NCBI GenBank assembly: GCA_051294375.1
Contig: CM119267.1
Location: 21,728,286 to 21,792,285, forward strand
Source of the DNA: Paraspadella gotoi
Lineage: Eukaryota; Animalia; Chaetognatha
Length of the DNA stretch: 64,000 nt
Reading direction: 5' to 3'
Position 1 is the first letter of the stretch. Every line of letters begins with the position of its first letter. This document shows, piece after piece, positions 12,801 to 23,379 of the stretch. The notes under the pieces are model-generated. The model did no database searches, was not told where the DNA came from, and worked only from the letters and a program-made list of their open reading frames with translations. A program made the translations under genes and the position numbers.

Positions 12801-13120
12801 TTGTGGCCCATTAGGAAATCATTTCCTAGAATGGGCGTGGTGACGTCCGCAACAGTGAAGTCCCATTCAAAATCGCGCTTGCCAAGGCGGAGACTTATTG
12901 GTCGCTTGCCATAGCAAGGAATGGGCGTTCCGTTCGCGGCGTGGAGTGGCGTGGCGATAGTACCGGCGCGTCTCTCCGAGTCGTTTGGAGAGACGAGAGA
13001 AACGCTGGCGCCGGTATCCACGAGCCACGTGAGATTGTTGCGGGCGTCATAAACATGCAGAAGCGTCTCAATCTCGCCGGCGGCGGCGCTTACTTCCGGC
13101 CGCCGGCTTTCGCGTTTCCC
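9656..13120 (-). CDS. pol: Pol polyprotein (aspartic protease, reverse transcriptase, RNase H, integrase with GPY/F), probably made as a Gag-Pol -1 frameshift fusion
   Basis: The uninterrupted ORF 9656-13279 contains LVDTG (protease), PFGLKNA and VYLDDILV (RT), TVDAS/DRELLA/FTDH/ADALSR (RNase H), HGLSHPG...CTQC (integrase Zn finger), HVDIVG/TDRG/NGMVERMH (DDE) and PYAGPYRV (GPY/F). The biological start is probably the slippery site at 13114-13120, not the ATG at 13279. Confidence 0.95.
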   Translation of the reverse strand, partial: GKRESRRPEVSAAAGEIETLLHVYDARNNLTWLVDTGASVSLVSPNDSERRAGTIATPLHAANGTPIPCYGKRPISLRLGKRDFEWDFTVADVTTPILGNDFLMGHNLAPFPKLEVLVDCQDFTTVTGKVKPGQPFRVNVVHNVFTQLLDKRPTLTTPSFDPSTPRHGVEHHILTEGPPIHAPARRLAPEKLAAAKAEFDKLEKLGIIRKSRSPWSSPLHVVKKADGGLRPCGDYRRLNAVTKDDRYPIRHISDFNAEISGKVIFSKVDLYKGYHQIPVHEADIPKTAIITPFGLYEYLRTPFGLKNAAQDFQRMMDVILAGIPHVFVYLDDILVASTSFDEHLEDLERVFEALESNGLIINRSKCVFGASSLEFLGYNVSADGITPLPGRVDDIEKFPTPTSIKDLQRFLGVLNYYRRFIPHAADILEPLYSALRGKPKHLAWSDECDAAFISAKKALASATMLVHPRDDAQLALTVDASLNAIGGVLEQTVNGEWKPLAFFSSPLQQHQRKWPPFDRELLAAFRAVRHFRPFIEGRPFTLFTDHNSLVPAIRKKSEPHTMRQTYQLAAIAEYTTDIRHIEGKANVVADALSRTLPPAATPTLRATINAVTSQGIDFKKMALDQKDDADVQRLLADAHTSLRFERVKVDGVNILCDVSSGRSRPLVPETWRRPVFDAIHGLSHPGVRATKKMVTSRFVWPSASSHVAEWTRTCTQCQRAKIHQHIQAPPQQFPQVERRFQHVHVDIVGPLPVSNGHTHLLTCVDRFSRWPEAIPLRDTTTPTIAAAFLQNWVARFGVPATVTTDRGSQFTSDLWRQLAETVGFKLNFTTAYHPQSNGMVERMHRSLKASLKARCENAADKWISQLPWVLLGLRTTYKNDLDASPAELVIGDVLTIPGELIDAENANPEVDSTQRAEILRNLRFDVALMRPISGTAHAEPTSRMPTTLKEAEFVFVRRPNNAGALATPYAGPYRVIKWHQRDVIIEKPGRGNETVTIDRIKPASMDAENPPAPPLAPPRGRPPKRVETGRIDERKNTGKTRKNVVFPDATDNRRSRATRTQPTRRCKRLPLPATLEPIDEEEFEPQPVIPDVNQVDDSAWGGYLGSSNDLNKDDDDERNDDEYNEKTTTKSLYFVTRSIVWSIRMTCLPDPCYG
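9815..9822 (-). promoter_or_regulatory. Polypurine tract (GGGGGGGA)
   Basis: Minus strand reads CTT-GGGGGGGA-TATTTGGG, where the G-run sits immediately before the 3' LTR copy. Confidence 0.7.
13076..13120 (-). promoter_or_regulatory. Programmed -1 ribosomal frameshift signal
   Basis: Minus strand: G_GGA_AAC (13120-13114, X_XXY_YYZ in the gag frame), a 6-nt spacer GCGAAA, then a perfect 9-bp GC stem GCCGGCGGC/GCCGCCGGC with the gag stop in the loop. Pol is in the -1 frame. Confidence 0.8.
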
Positions 13121-13650
13121 ATTGCGCAGGGAACGCCCGGCCTGACTTCGCGGCAGTTTCTGGCGCGATTGCCGAACTCCGCGTGATACCAGCAAGTGTT
13201 TCCTTCCATTTCCGTGGCGGCCGATGCTGCTCTTGGTGGAAGGGGGCGCTGGCGTCGGCGCTGCTCGACTCGCTTCCAAGGCCTTTGGCTGTTATTGACA
13301 GCGCAAACCTCGGCGTAGGAAAGAGGTCGGTCGGGGTCTTCATCTTCATCGGCGTTGGCAGAGACGGCGTTGATGGTGCAGGCGGATGCAGGCGGTTTGA
13401 CAACAAGACTGCCAGCAGCATCATAGAAAGCGTCTGCTGCTGCTGCGGCTTCGTCGAGAGAATTGTTGTCAGTGAACGCGATGGCGCGGACGTGGGAGGG
13501 GAGAGCGTTAGCCAAGATCTCCTTGAAGACCACCTCCATTGGAAGCTCGGAGAAAGCCGCGCGAATGATCGTTGCCAGCTGAGATGGGGTGCGGCCGCTG
13601 AGCGTCATCTGGCGCAGCATCCTCTGCGCCAACTGTCTTGGTTTTTCGCC
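13090..13650 (-). CDS. gag: Gag C-terminal part with CHCC-type nucleocapsid knuckle
   Basis: RQMTLSGRTPSQL...LANALPSHVRAIA...SLDEAAAAADAF...CWYHAEFGNRARNCREVRPGVPC, with the stop TAA at 13090. The N-terminal half is displaced to ~16570-17110 by the duplication junction at ~13650-13685. Confidence 0.88.
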   Translation of the reverse strand, partial: GEKPRQLAQRMLRQMTLSGRTPSQLATIIRAAFSELPMEVVFKEILANALPSHVRAIAFTDNNSLDEAAAAADAFYDAAGSLVVKPPASACTINAVSANADEDEDPDRPLSYAEVCAVNNSQRPWKRVEQRRRQRPLPPRAASAATEMEGNTCWYHAEFGNRARNCREVRPGVPCAMGNAKAGGRK

Positions 13651-13684
13651 GTTGTTAGTTGTTGAGAGAGGATCTCGGCACGCT

Positions 13685-16570
13685 GAATTGGCTTCCACGG
13701 TCAGTAGTTACAGTAGCAGGTACGCCAAAACGCGCGACCCAATTCTGAAGAAAGCAGCAGCGATGTCGGCGTTGTAGGGTCGCCGGAGAGGGATCGCTTT
13801 CTGGCCAGCGCGAAAAAACGATCAACGCATGTGAGCAGGTGGGTTGTGTCATTAGAGACAGGAAGGGGACCAACGATGTCGACATGAACAGTTGAAAGCG
13901 ACGCTCGACCTGCGGAAATTGTGTGGAGGTGCCTGGATGTGTTGGTGGATTTTTGCACGCTGGCATTGAGTGCAGTGCGCGTCCATTCCGCCACGTGTGA
14001 AGATGCTGATGGCCAGACAAATCGGCTCGTCACATTTTTTTGGTCGCGCGGACGCCGGGGTGTGAAAGGCCGTGGATTGCGTCAAAAACGGGGCGCCGCC
14101 ACGTTTCCGGAACGAGGGCGGGACCTGCCACTGCTTACGTCACAGAGATATTGACGCCCGTCGCACGCTCTTACCTTTTGCTCATCAAGCGCTCGTCTGT
14201 TTGATGTGCAAGGCATCAACGAGTCGCCCATTTCTCGTTTCATCGATAAGTATCGATCTCCGCCTTGATGTGCGGATCGTGGTGACGGCATTGATGTCGC
14301 TCGGAGGGTGGGCGTGGCTGCTGGTGGAAGCGTGCGTGAAAGGGCATCTGCAACGACGTTTGCGTTCCCCTCGATATGACGGATGTCTGTAGTGTATTCA
14401 GCAATTGCCGCAAGTTGATAAGTTTGCCTCATAGTATGGGCTCTGACTTTTTCCTAATCGCTGGAACGAGGCTGTTGTGGTCTGTAAAACAGTGTAAAGG
14501 GTCGTCCTTCGATAAATGGCCGGAAGTGGCGCACGGCGCGAAAAGCAGCGAGCAGCTCTCTGTCAAATGGAGGCCATTTTCGTTGATGTTGCTGCAAGGA
14601 GAAGAGAAAAAGGCTAATGGCTTCCATTCCCCATTTACAGTTTGTTCCAGTCACCCGCCTATTGCGTTAAGAGAGGCGTCGACCGTCACGCAGTTGGGCG
14701 TCATCCCGGGGGTGGACAAGCATTGTTGCCAGAAGCGAGGGCCTTTTTCGCCGCTAATGAATGCTGCGTCGCATTCGTCGCTCCATGCCAAGTGCTTTGT
14801 TTTCCTCGAAGGGCACTGTAGAGGGGCTCGAGGATGTCAGCGGCATGGGGGATGAAACGCCTATAGTAGTTAAGGACGCCAGAAAACCGTTGAAGGTCCT
14901 TGATCGATGTTGGCGTTGGGAATTTTTCGATGTCGTCGACTCGGCAGAAGGGGCGTGATACCGTCGGCGCTGACGTTATAAACCAAGGAACTCCAGTGAA
15001 GAGGCACCAAAGACACATTTGATCGATTGATGTGAGTTAGACACCGTAGACCCTCTCACTCCAAAGATGCCTCAGTTCAGAAGCCGATGCTCGTCGAAGA
15101 CGTGAAGCGACAGAATGTCGTCAAGGTAAACAAACACGTGAGGAATTCCAGCCAAGATGACGTCCATCATGCGCTGGAAATCTTGAGCGCGTTTTTAGGC
15201 CGAATGGCGTCCTGAGATATTCTATAAGGCCAAGGGGTAATGATGGCGGTTTTGGTATGTCTGCCTCGTGAACGGAATTTGGTGGTAACCTTTGTACAGG
15301 TCGACTTTAGAGAAAATGACTTTTCCCGAATTTCCGCATTAAAATCGATGATGTGCGAATTGGATATCGGTCGTCTTTTGTCACCGCATTGAGGCGGCGA
15401 TAATCCCGCAAGGTCGCAGGCCGCCATCAGCCTTTTTTACACGTGTAAGGGTGACGACCAGGGCTTCGACTTTTTCGAATATGCCAGTTTTTCAGTTTGT
15501 CGAATTCGGCCTTGGCAGCGGCGAGTTTCTCTGGGGCAGGCGCGCGCAGGCGGCATGGATTGCGGGGGCCTTCGTGAGGATATGGTGTCACACCATGGCG
15601 GGCGTGATGGGTCGAAAGAGGTGTCGTAGAGTCGGGCGTTTGTCAAGAGTTGTGTGAAACGTTGTGGACGACGTTGACGCGAAAAGGTTGTCCGGGTTTA
15701 ACTTTCCCGGCAACGGTCGTGAATCTTGGCAATCTACTAAGACTTCAGTTTGGAAAAGGGGCGAGGTGTGGCCCATTAGAAATCATTTCCTAAATGGGCG
15801 TGGTGACGTCCGCAACAGTGAAATCCCATTCAAAATCGCGTTTGCCAAGGCGGAGACTATGGTCTCTTGCCATAGCAAGGAATGGGCGTTCCTTCGCGGC
15901 GTGGAGTGGCGTGGCGAAGTACCGGCGCTACCTCCGATCGTTTGGGAGCGACGAGGAAACGCTGGCGCCGGTATCCACGAGCCACGTGAGATTGTTGCGG
16001 GCGTCTAAAATGCAGAAGCGTCTCAATCTCGCCGGCGGCGGCGCTTACTTCCGGCCGCCGGCTTTCGCGTTTCCCATTGCGCAGGGAACGCCCGGCCGAA
16101 CTTCGCGGCAGTTTCTAGCGCGATTGCCAAATCGCGTGATACCAGCATGTATTGCCTTCCATTTCTGCGGGCGAGCTGCTCTTGGTGGAAGGGGGCTGGC
16201 GTCGGCGCTGCTCGACCGCTTCCAAGGCCTTTGGCTGTTATTGACAGCGCAAGACCTCGGCGTAAGGAAAGAGGTCGGTCGGGGTCGTTCATCTTCATCG
16301 CGTTGGCAGAGAGACGGCGTTGATGGTGCAGGCGGATGGGGGCTTACAAACAAGTGCCAGCAGCTCATAGAAAGCGTCTGCTGCTGCTTGCGGCTCGTCA
16401 GAGAATTTTGTCAGTGAAGCGATGCGCGGACGTGGGAGGGGAGAGCGTTAGCCAAATCTCCTTGAAGACCACCTCTCATGAAGTCGGAGAAAGCCGCGCG
16501 AATGATCGTTGCCAGCTGAGAGGGGTGTCCCTGAGCGTCATTGGCGCAGCATCCTCTGGCCAACTGTCTG
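13685..16570 (-). pseudogene. Indel-riddled second copy of gag-pol segment 10691-13650 (probably an unpolished-read duplication)
   Basis: Starts 'gaattggcttccacggtcagtag', identical to 10691. It is co-linear to ~13650, with many 1-nt indels and garbled patches (14160-14280, 15030-15090) but few substitutions. Confidence 0.85.
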
Positions 16571-17110
16571 GTTTTTCCCAAACATTTTATAGTCTCGCGT
16601 AAACCTGGCGTAGAGGGGCGATGCCAGATCGATAAAAATCCTCGAAAAGGGTTGATGCTCGAGGGAAGCGCAAAATGTGGGAGCCATGGTGCAGTCGTCG
16701 GGTACAGTCGCGGGCGACAAATGCGGCACGTCAACTCCGGCCAACCATACGAATGTTTTAGAATCAATGGAGGGAGTTTAGGCGTTCGAGCCGAGTAGGG
16801 GGTGGAGGCGCCGTAGCGGCGACGCGGAAATCGCATCCGGCGCCGGCGCGGGTTGGGCGTGCTCGGGTGAGCCGCCGCGAGGAGACAAAGGGTTAACGAG
16901 AGGCGTCGCGAACGGTGGAGTGCGCGGAGTCCGCCTAGGAACGACGCTGGCTCTTCAATCCTCACTCTCTTGCCTGCGTCTGGTCATCTGGAATGAGGCC
17001 GGCGTCGGTGGCGGAGCGGCGGAGAGAGGGGCTCTCCCGCCGCTGCTGCATTTCGGTTTCCGCTCGCGTCTCCGAAGGTCTCGATAACGCGCGTCCAGAT
17101 CGGCCATCAG
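16570..17110 (-). CDS. gag: Gag N-terminal region (frameshifted by sequence noise)
   Basis: Piecewise translation of this copy and its mirror (36690-37237) gives RTPKLPP(F)DSKNIPVWL..FDAAL...ALPSDIN.F..FIDL, continuing into RQLAQRMLRQ. This resembles the N-terminus of CsRn1-type Gag. Confidence 0.6.
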
Positions 17111-17565
17111 AAAAGAAAAACATGTTGGGACTGCAACGAGAGGGACCTTGTGCGGCGCTCGGCTCTCTACTCGCGCCAGTTGTTGATCCGTCCGTGTGGC
17201 GACGGGCCAGAACATCTTCAGGTTCGAGGAAATCTTCGGCGCTTGGTCGTACGCGCTCTGCGTAACGATGACTGATTGCGTCTCAAATAGAGCCTGTTGG
17301 GCGAATATAGCGTTGCGCGGCCGGCGTGAACGCAACGTGACTCCTCTGGAGAGTCTCACCAGTACGTGTCGAATCAGCGTAGACACACCTTGACCTTGAC
17401 TAGCGAGTGGCTTTGCATTCTATAAGACGCGCGCACTCACATGTAAGTGCTCACAGGTAGACGGGGGGCAAAAACAACGTTGGCTCTGTAAAACGTCGAT
17501 CGTAGCGCACGCACACTATAGGCTAATAATGACATTCTCATCGGATGGACAAAAAGGTCAAGAAG

Positions 17566-17582
17566 CGTCGGGGACAATACCA
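17566..17582 (-). promoter_or_regulatory. Probable primer-binding site, tRNA-Trp-like
   Basis: Minus strand reads TGGTATTGTCCCCGACG directly after the 5' LTR (mirror copy reads TTGTATGCCCGACG). This resembles TGGTGACCCCGACG, the complement of the tRNA-Trp 3' end used by CsRn1-clade elements. Both copies are noisy. Confidence 0.5.
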
Positions 17583-17584
17583 AT

Positions 17585-17920
17585 TGCGGTGGACCATAAA
17601 CGAGAATTTGAGAATAATTCGAGGCGATGTTTTTCGTAATGAAGAAAAAACGCTATATAATCAAAAACAGAGTAAAAAGCCAAAAAGTAAAAATAATAAC
17701 AATAACAACTCGTATTTACATTGGCTGAGAAAAAACAGGTCAGCCATAACAAGGCATACAGGTAAGAGCCTCAAGATCGTATTCTTATTGACCACTACGA
17801 AACTACGGGTCAAAAGTACAAAGACTTTCTGTCGTCGTCTCATCTGTATCGTATTAACGTTCGTCAGTGTTTCGTCGTCGTCGTCGTTCCTTTGATTTCA
17901 AATCATTTGAGCTCCCAAAT
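17585..17920 (-). repeat. 5' LTR (noisy copy)
   Basis: Co-linear with 9508-9814, e.g. 'aataataacaataacaactcgtatttacattggctgagaaaaa' and 'aatcatttgagctcccaaat'. Confidence 0.8.
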
Positions 17921-18552
17921 CAGCCTGACAAAAATTTACTGTCAGTTGACCAAATTATGCCAGTTGACCAAATAATGCATATGCCGCGCTTGACTAAGAA
18001 TTTTTATGATATATCGACAGAGTGATTTAGTCTTATTACCACTTAATTAGTCGAAGGCAGCACCGATATATGTGCTTCAAACTTGTTTCTATTTTATAAA
18101 GTATGAGATTGTGATGTATCGTAGAAATCGATTTTTAACTTACTTCTTTAGGCTTGGACCATTATGAACTACCATGAATTGCTCTCCAATCTTATGTTCT
18201 GTTAAATGTATAAATGCTTCGTCATTTTTCTGTACAGTGTACACCCAGAAAAATATGTTTCTTTATTATAAAAAATTTAGTACTTTTATTACCAATTTGG
18301 TACGCGGCAACGATAAAAATGTCCACAGATTTTACTCAGATTTACTCAGATTCTGCTGATATTTACTCCTGTTCAAAACTCACTCGCAGATTTTTTTGTC
18401 GTGGAAACTCGCAAGCGAAATTTGCTGCTTTATCTGAAGAAAAAAAATTTAGATACATTGCTAAATGAAATTTATCATGAAAAATAAAGAATAAATGCCC
18501 GTTAAACCTTCCAGCATTAATACAGTTTAACGATTACTCGGCGATTCAGCTG

Positions 18553-19117
18553 TTGCTGCATGTTGTAGGCAAATTTCTTCGCAACTTCTACGCAATCGCC
18601 CGGCTCTCGAACTCAGACCTTGGGGGGTTCCAAACCATCAACTCAACACCGTTTCCCAACTGCGTCAGCGGGTCTCCGCCCTCTCGTCTCCTGCGTGTAC
18701 GGTCGGTCCGCGCGCGGATTTTGACGTGCGCGACGAGATTTCGTACGGTGCGGACGTCCATGCGACCGGAATCCCCGCGTACTTGGTTGGAAGCCCCATC
18801 GATTGCATCGGGAACTGAGCTCTCTCGCCCGTCGCCGTTGGCCACTGATTGCTGATTGAATCCAACTCGTGTAGGCTATTGTGGCGACTGATGGTCTTGA
18901 TTGGAATCAAATTCGAAGGATTGGCTATCGTTTTGTTCTTGGTGGGAACTGAGATTCTCTATTGCTTGGTCTGTTGATTTGGAACTCAACGTTCTTTGTT
19001 GAGTCGACAATTGCTTTCTCTTGAATTGAAGCAAGCTCGTGGATCGACGTTGATCGGTTGGCTGCCTTGCCGCCTCGGCTCTCCCATTTTCTTTCGTCCG
19101 AATTTTTATCTCTCCAT
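18553..19117 (-). CDS. Candidate low-complexity (S/N/Q/D-rich) coding exon, frame broken by noise; mirror at ~34789-35350 (+)
   Basis: GC-richer block. Merging both arms gives approximately MENKNSDEENG...QAIENLSSNQENNDSQSFEFDSNQD...VANGDGESSVPDAIDGASNQVRGDSGRMDVRTVRNLV. No family recognised. Confidence 0.3.
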
Positions 19118-19269
19118 TTTTCTAAACCTTATACGCAAGTGAATTTTTCTTCTTTCTAATAACTCTACAATCCTCTGTTACATATACATAGACATAATAC
19201 GATACCCGTTTCTCGAACAAATCTAATGCTCGAATCACGAATTTTCGGACATTAATATCCATTAATGTC

Positions 19270-20345
19270 CAAAGTCAGGGCAAGATAGCTTTATTTATTA
19301 AATGAATGGGATAATTTTTTTTAAAAATCAGCTCGTTGTATTTTGATGCTAGTGCGCGAGCTACAATAAGTATTCCCCGATCTAATACTTAAGGGAGTGG
19401 TCTTTTCATACAATTGAAACATTTCTTTGAAATATTATACCACTTCATTGATAGGAGGCCAGGCACTCTGGAGTGAATAAACGAAGACTGTAGGAGAGTC
19501 TGATTGAAAGCTTGCAGGGGACCTGCTATGTCATTATCTTGTAAGAGTGCATGGAGGCTTTTAACACCAAACATCCGTTCAAAGTCAGGGGCCAAGATAG
19601 CTTTATTTATTAAATGATGGATATTTTATATTGGTTTGACCAATTCATAAAAGATTCGTTCCTTGTATTTTGATGCTAGTGCGGAGTACAATAAAGTATT
19701 CCGACCATCTGAATACTTAAGGGAGTGTCTTTTCATTACAATTGAACATTCTTTTGAAATATTATACCACTTCATTTGATAGGGAAGCCAGGGCACTCTG
19801 GAGTGAATAAACGAGACTGGTGAGAGGATGTCCTGATTGATAGCTTTGCAGGGACTCTTGCGTATTGTCATTATCTTGTAAGAGTGATGGAGGCCTTTAA
19901 ACCACCAAAGCCTGTCCAAAGTTCCCAGGGGCAAGATAGACTTATTTATTAAATGAATGGAATAATTTATATTGGTTTGTACAATTTAACATAAAATTCA
20001 GCTCCTTCGTATTTTGATGCTAGCTGCGAGTACAATAAGTATTCCCGATCTAATACTTAACGGGAGTGGTCTTTTCAGTCGTACAAGAAACTATTCATGG
20101 AAAATATATACCGCCTCATTGATAAGGAAAGCCAGGCTACTCTGCGGAGTGAATAAAACCGAAAAGGGGGGGGGGGGACCTGTGAGAGAGTCTTGAATGA
20201 AAGCTTGCAGAGACCTGCTATGTTATTTTCCTTGTAAGTGAGTAACCTAGGCCTTTAGCCACTATTGGCCTGTCCATTGGACAAGTCTTGGGCAAGATAG
20301 CTTATTTATCAAATAAATGGATAATCTTAAATTGGCTTGTTCCCA
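19270..20345. repeat. ~320-bp tandem repeat, about 3.2 copies (mirror 33575-34657)
   Basis: 'aaagtcaggggcaagatagcttatttattaaatgaatgg' recurs at ~19271, ~19581, ~19918 and ~20283. Confidence 0.9.
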
Positions 20346-22249
20346 TTTCACCAGCTATAGCCTTGTCCAAGCGTCTGAAAGGCTTAGAAAGAATGTTATT
20401 ATTTTGGCTGTGATTAATTTTCTCTACCAATTTCATATTGACGGCCCTACACCTTGGGAAAATTCTTCGCTGTGAGATCCCCTGTCGTTGACATTTCGCT
20501 CAACGTTACGACTTTTGACCATCGCTTCGTCGTTGTGATCTTCTACATCAGCAAGCCGAGTTTCGAATCTTAACACCGGTCTTGGTCGCAACCAGCCGAG
20601 ACCGGTTTGAACTGGTTCCTTTAATGACATGTCACGAACCTTGCTGAGACTTTTGAGTGTTTTTTTTTTGGGGGGATTGAAGAAAAAAGCGTTAATCATT
20701 TCTAAAAACTGAACTTTGACTTCGGTGGAATAAATCGATTAAAGTAAGTCAATAATAGAAAAAAAAAACTTTAAACTATAACTTAAAATTATTACATTAA
20801 CACAATGAGTGCCACCCACGTGTTACGAATCTAATGGACCACTTGGGTTCCATAATCGGGTTTTTTTGAATCGCAGCCGCCGCCGCGCGCCGCAGCAGCA
20901 GCAGTTCAATTTGCCCCTCGACGATCTACGAAACTGGTTGAGAGTCTCAAAGGTTTAAACGACGAATTGCGGCAATTTTTATACGATCATTAAGCTGGTG
21001 CTGTCCGCTCCTCCAAAAATAAATAAAAAGTTTTGAATATTAAATAAATTTTTTCTTTTCATTGCAATAAACTATTTGTTATCTCTGCGCTTAATTTTTG
21101 GTCAAGAGTACTTGCGAGCAGCAATCAGTAAATACAGATAATAAATAAAGCGGCGTACGCTAACGGCGATCCTCGTCTACATGCCACGTCATACTGAAGT
21201 GCAGCGCAGCGAGTTTGTAGAAAACCTCAATTGAAAGTCAATGAGGATCGAACCAGAGTGACAATCCGTCACATAATAGGATAAGAGATATCTCAGAGAG
21301 AAAACAAAACGATGCTAGAATGCAACTCGACCATCCACACGAAATAGCTTCAGGACACTGCCGAGAAAGACCAACTGCGACGTGGTGCTGACACTCGCGC
21401 AATGTAGCTGTCTCGTCTCTCAGACATAGATCCTCAAATACACTGATATATGTATTTTATAGTTCCTATTTGCCTATTGTCTCCTAACTAATAAACACAT
21501 CATATTTTTTTTTGCGCTTTAATTGAGGCTTATATTCAATACGTCACTGACAACGTAAGAATTTCGGAGTCGATAACCTTCTAGAATCGATGCCCTCTCT
21601 GCATATTTATTTACGGCTACAGGCCGTCGGGTTTTAGATGTTCATTATGATAAACCATTTACCCAAAAAACTAAGTATTATAAAATTATTCGAAGGGCAT
21701 ATTCCACGCGATGGACCCGCCGCTATTAATTCGATTTAATTTAATTATGTAGTTTTTGTTTTTTTTAAAATTATTCGTAACTATCAACCCTTCACCCACG
21801 CCTTCCCTTGGCGGTTATCGAACCGTCTAACGCTTGAGCGCGACGATGTCGTCGTCGTTGTCTTCGTCGTATTCGTCGTTCGTCGTTCAGTTCATCTTCC
21901 GCGTCGCCGTAGTCGTTCGCGTTGTTACGTTGTCGTCGTCGCGACTCCCCGTTTTCAAAAAATTCTTATCCTGAAAGACGGGAATATGAGAGAGAGAGCG
22001 CAGGCAAGAGAGCGAGAGAGCGAGAGGAGATGAGAGAGAGGAGAGAGAGAGCAGAGAGAGGAGAGAGAGAGGACGAGGAGAAGAGAGATGAGAGATGAGA
22101 GAAAAGACAGACGAGCGCAGCGGTAATTCGAAAGAGAAACCCCTAAAGAACGGAATCAAGCGCCGGAGAGCTTTTTTTTTTTTTTTCTTCGTCGCTTTAT
22201 TGACGCGACGCCCGTCGAACTTAACGTGCGAGAAAACGCGGGCGAACAT

Positions 22250-23346
22250 AATCAGACAGCGACGCCGCTCCGCCGCCGACGCCGCCGGCGACCACGACGC
22301 CGCCCACGGGCCTTCCTCCCACAAACTCCCCCACGCCTCCACCGACTATTCCTGGTGCCCAACAACGCCGCCCACGCCTCGACACGAGCCGACGCCGCCG
22401 CCGCCTCCGCCTCCCAAGAGGCACTCGCCTCCAGGCTGGCGCCCACCGAGCTCCAACGCCGGAACCCACGATCGCGACAGCTCGGACCCGTGCAAGAGAC
22501 GATGGCCGCCGACGGGTTGGCACCAAGGCGTTGCAGATGGTGAAGGATTCCATGGAGAAGGGTTGGAAGGGTCCACGTTTCTTTTCGTTGGCCGTAGGAA
22601 ACCTTTGAAGGGAAAGGATGGGGGATGACAACGACGATGAAGTTGACGACTTAAGGGTGAAGTCGACGGGACAAAGGATGTAGTCCGACACAAGAGCGAT
22701 GTTAGTCGCACGACAAAAGTTGAAGTCGATTGATAAAGGATGAAGTCGACGATAAAGGATGACATCGACGAGGAAGTCAATGACAAAGGATGAAGTCGAC
22801 AATAAAGGATCGAAGTCGATGACAAAAGATGAAGTGCGATGACAAAAGATGACATCGACGACAAAAGTATGAAGTCAACGACTAAGGATGAAGTCGACGA
22901 AAAAAGGATGAAGTCAACAACAAAAGATGAAGTCAACAATCAAAGGATGAAGTCAATGACAAAGGATTAGTCGACGACAAAGGATGAAGTCGACAACAAT
23001 GATGTAGTTCAACAACAAAAGTGAAGTCAAAAACAAAGGATATGTCGATGACAAAGGATAGTCAACGACAATGGATGAAGTCGACGACAAAGGATTGAAG
23101 TCGACGGACAAAGGATGAAGTCGACGACAAAGATGAAGTTCAACGACAAAAAGATGACGACGACGAAGACTACTCGCGACGAACGACGACGCAACGACGA
23201 CGACCTCAATGCCACCTCGTAGTACATCCGCTGAGAGTCGAGACGCAGTTGATGTCCAGTTGTTTCGGGCGGGCTGACGGCGGCGGCGAGTGTTATTCTC
23301 GACCACGCGAATGTCTTTCCTCTTTCCTGAAGGAGTAGAAGAGAGA

Positions 23347-23379
<33 letters not shown>

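Larger units (their letters stand above)
9508..17920 (-). mobile_element. Ty3/Gypsy LTR retrotransposon, CsRn1-like lineage (true length ~5.5 kb; inflated by an internal ~2.9-kb noisy duplication)
   Basis: Direct repeats at ~9508-9814 and ~17585-17920, PBS-like and PPT motifs, gag with a C-x2-H-x9-C...C knuckle, and pol domain order PR-RT-RH-IN. Confidence 0.92.

Noticed and set aside
13121-13279. ATG at 13279 as the pol start
   Set aside because: This stretch overlaps the gag knuckle in another frame. The slippery site and stem-loop explain pol expression better.
13651-13698. MEANSACRDPLSTTN as the Gag N-terminus
   Set aside because: It is created by the duplication junction; the real upstream gag continues at ~16570.
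9750-16417. Many plus-strand ORFs of 60-207 aa over the retrotransposon
   Set aside because: Antisense shadows of a GC-rich coding region with no recognisable motifs.
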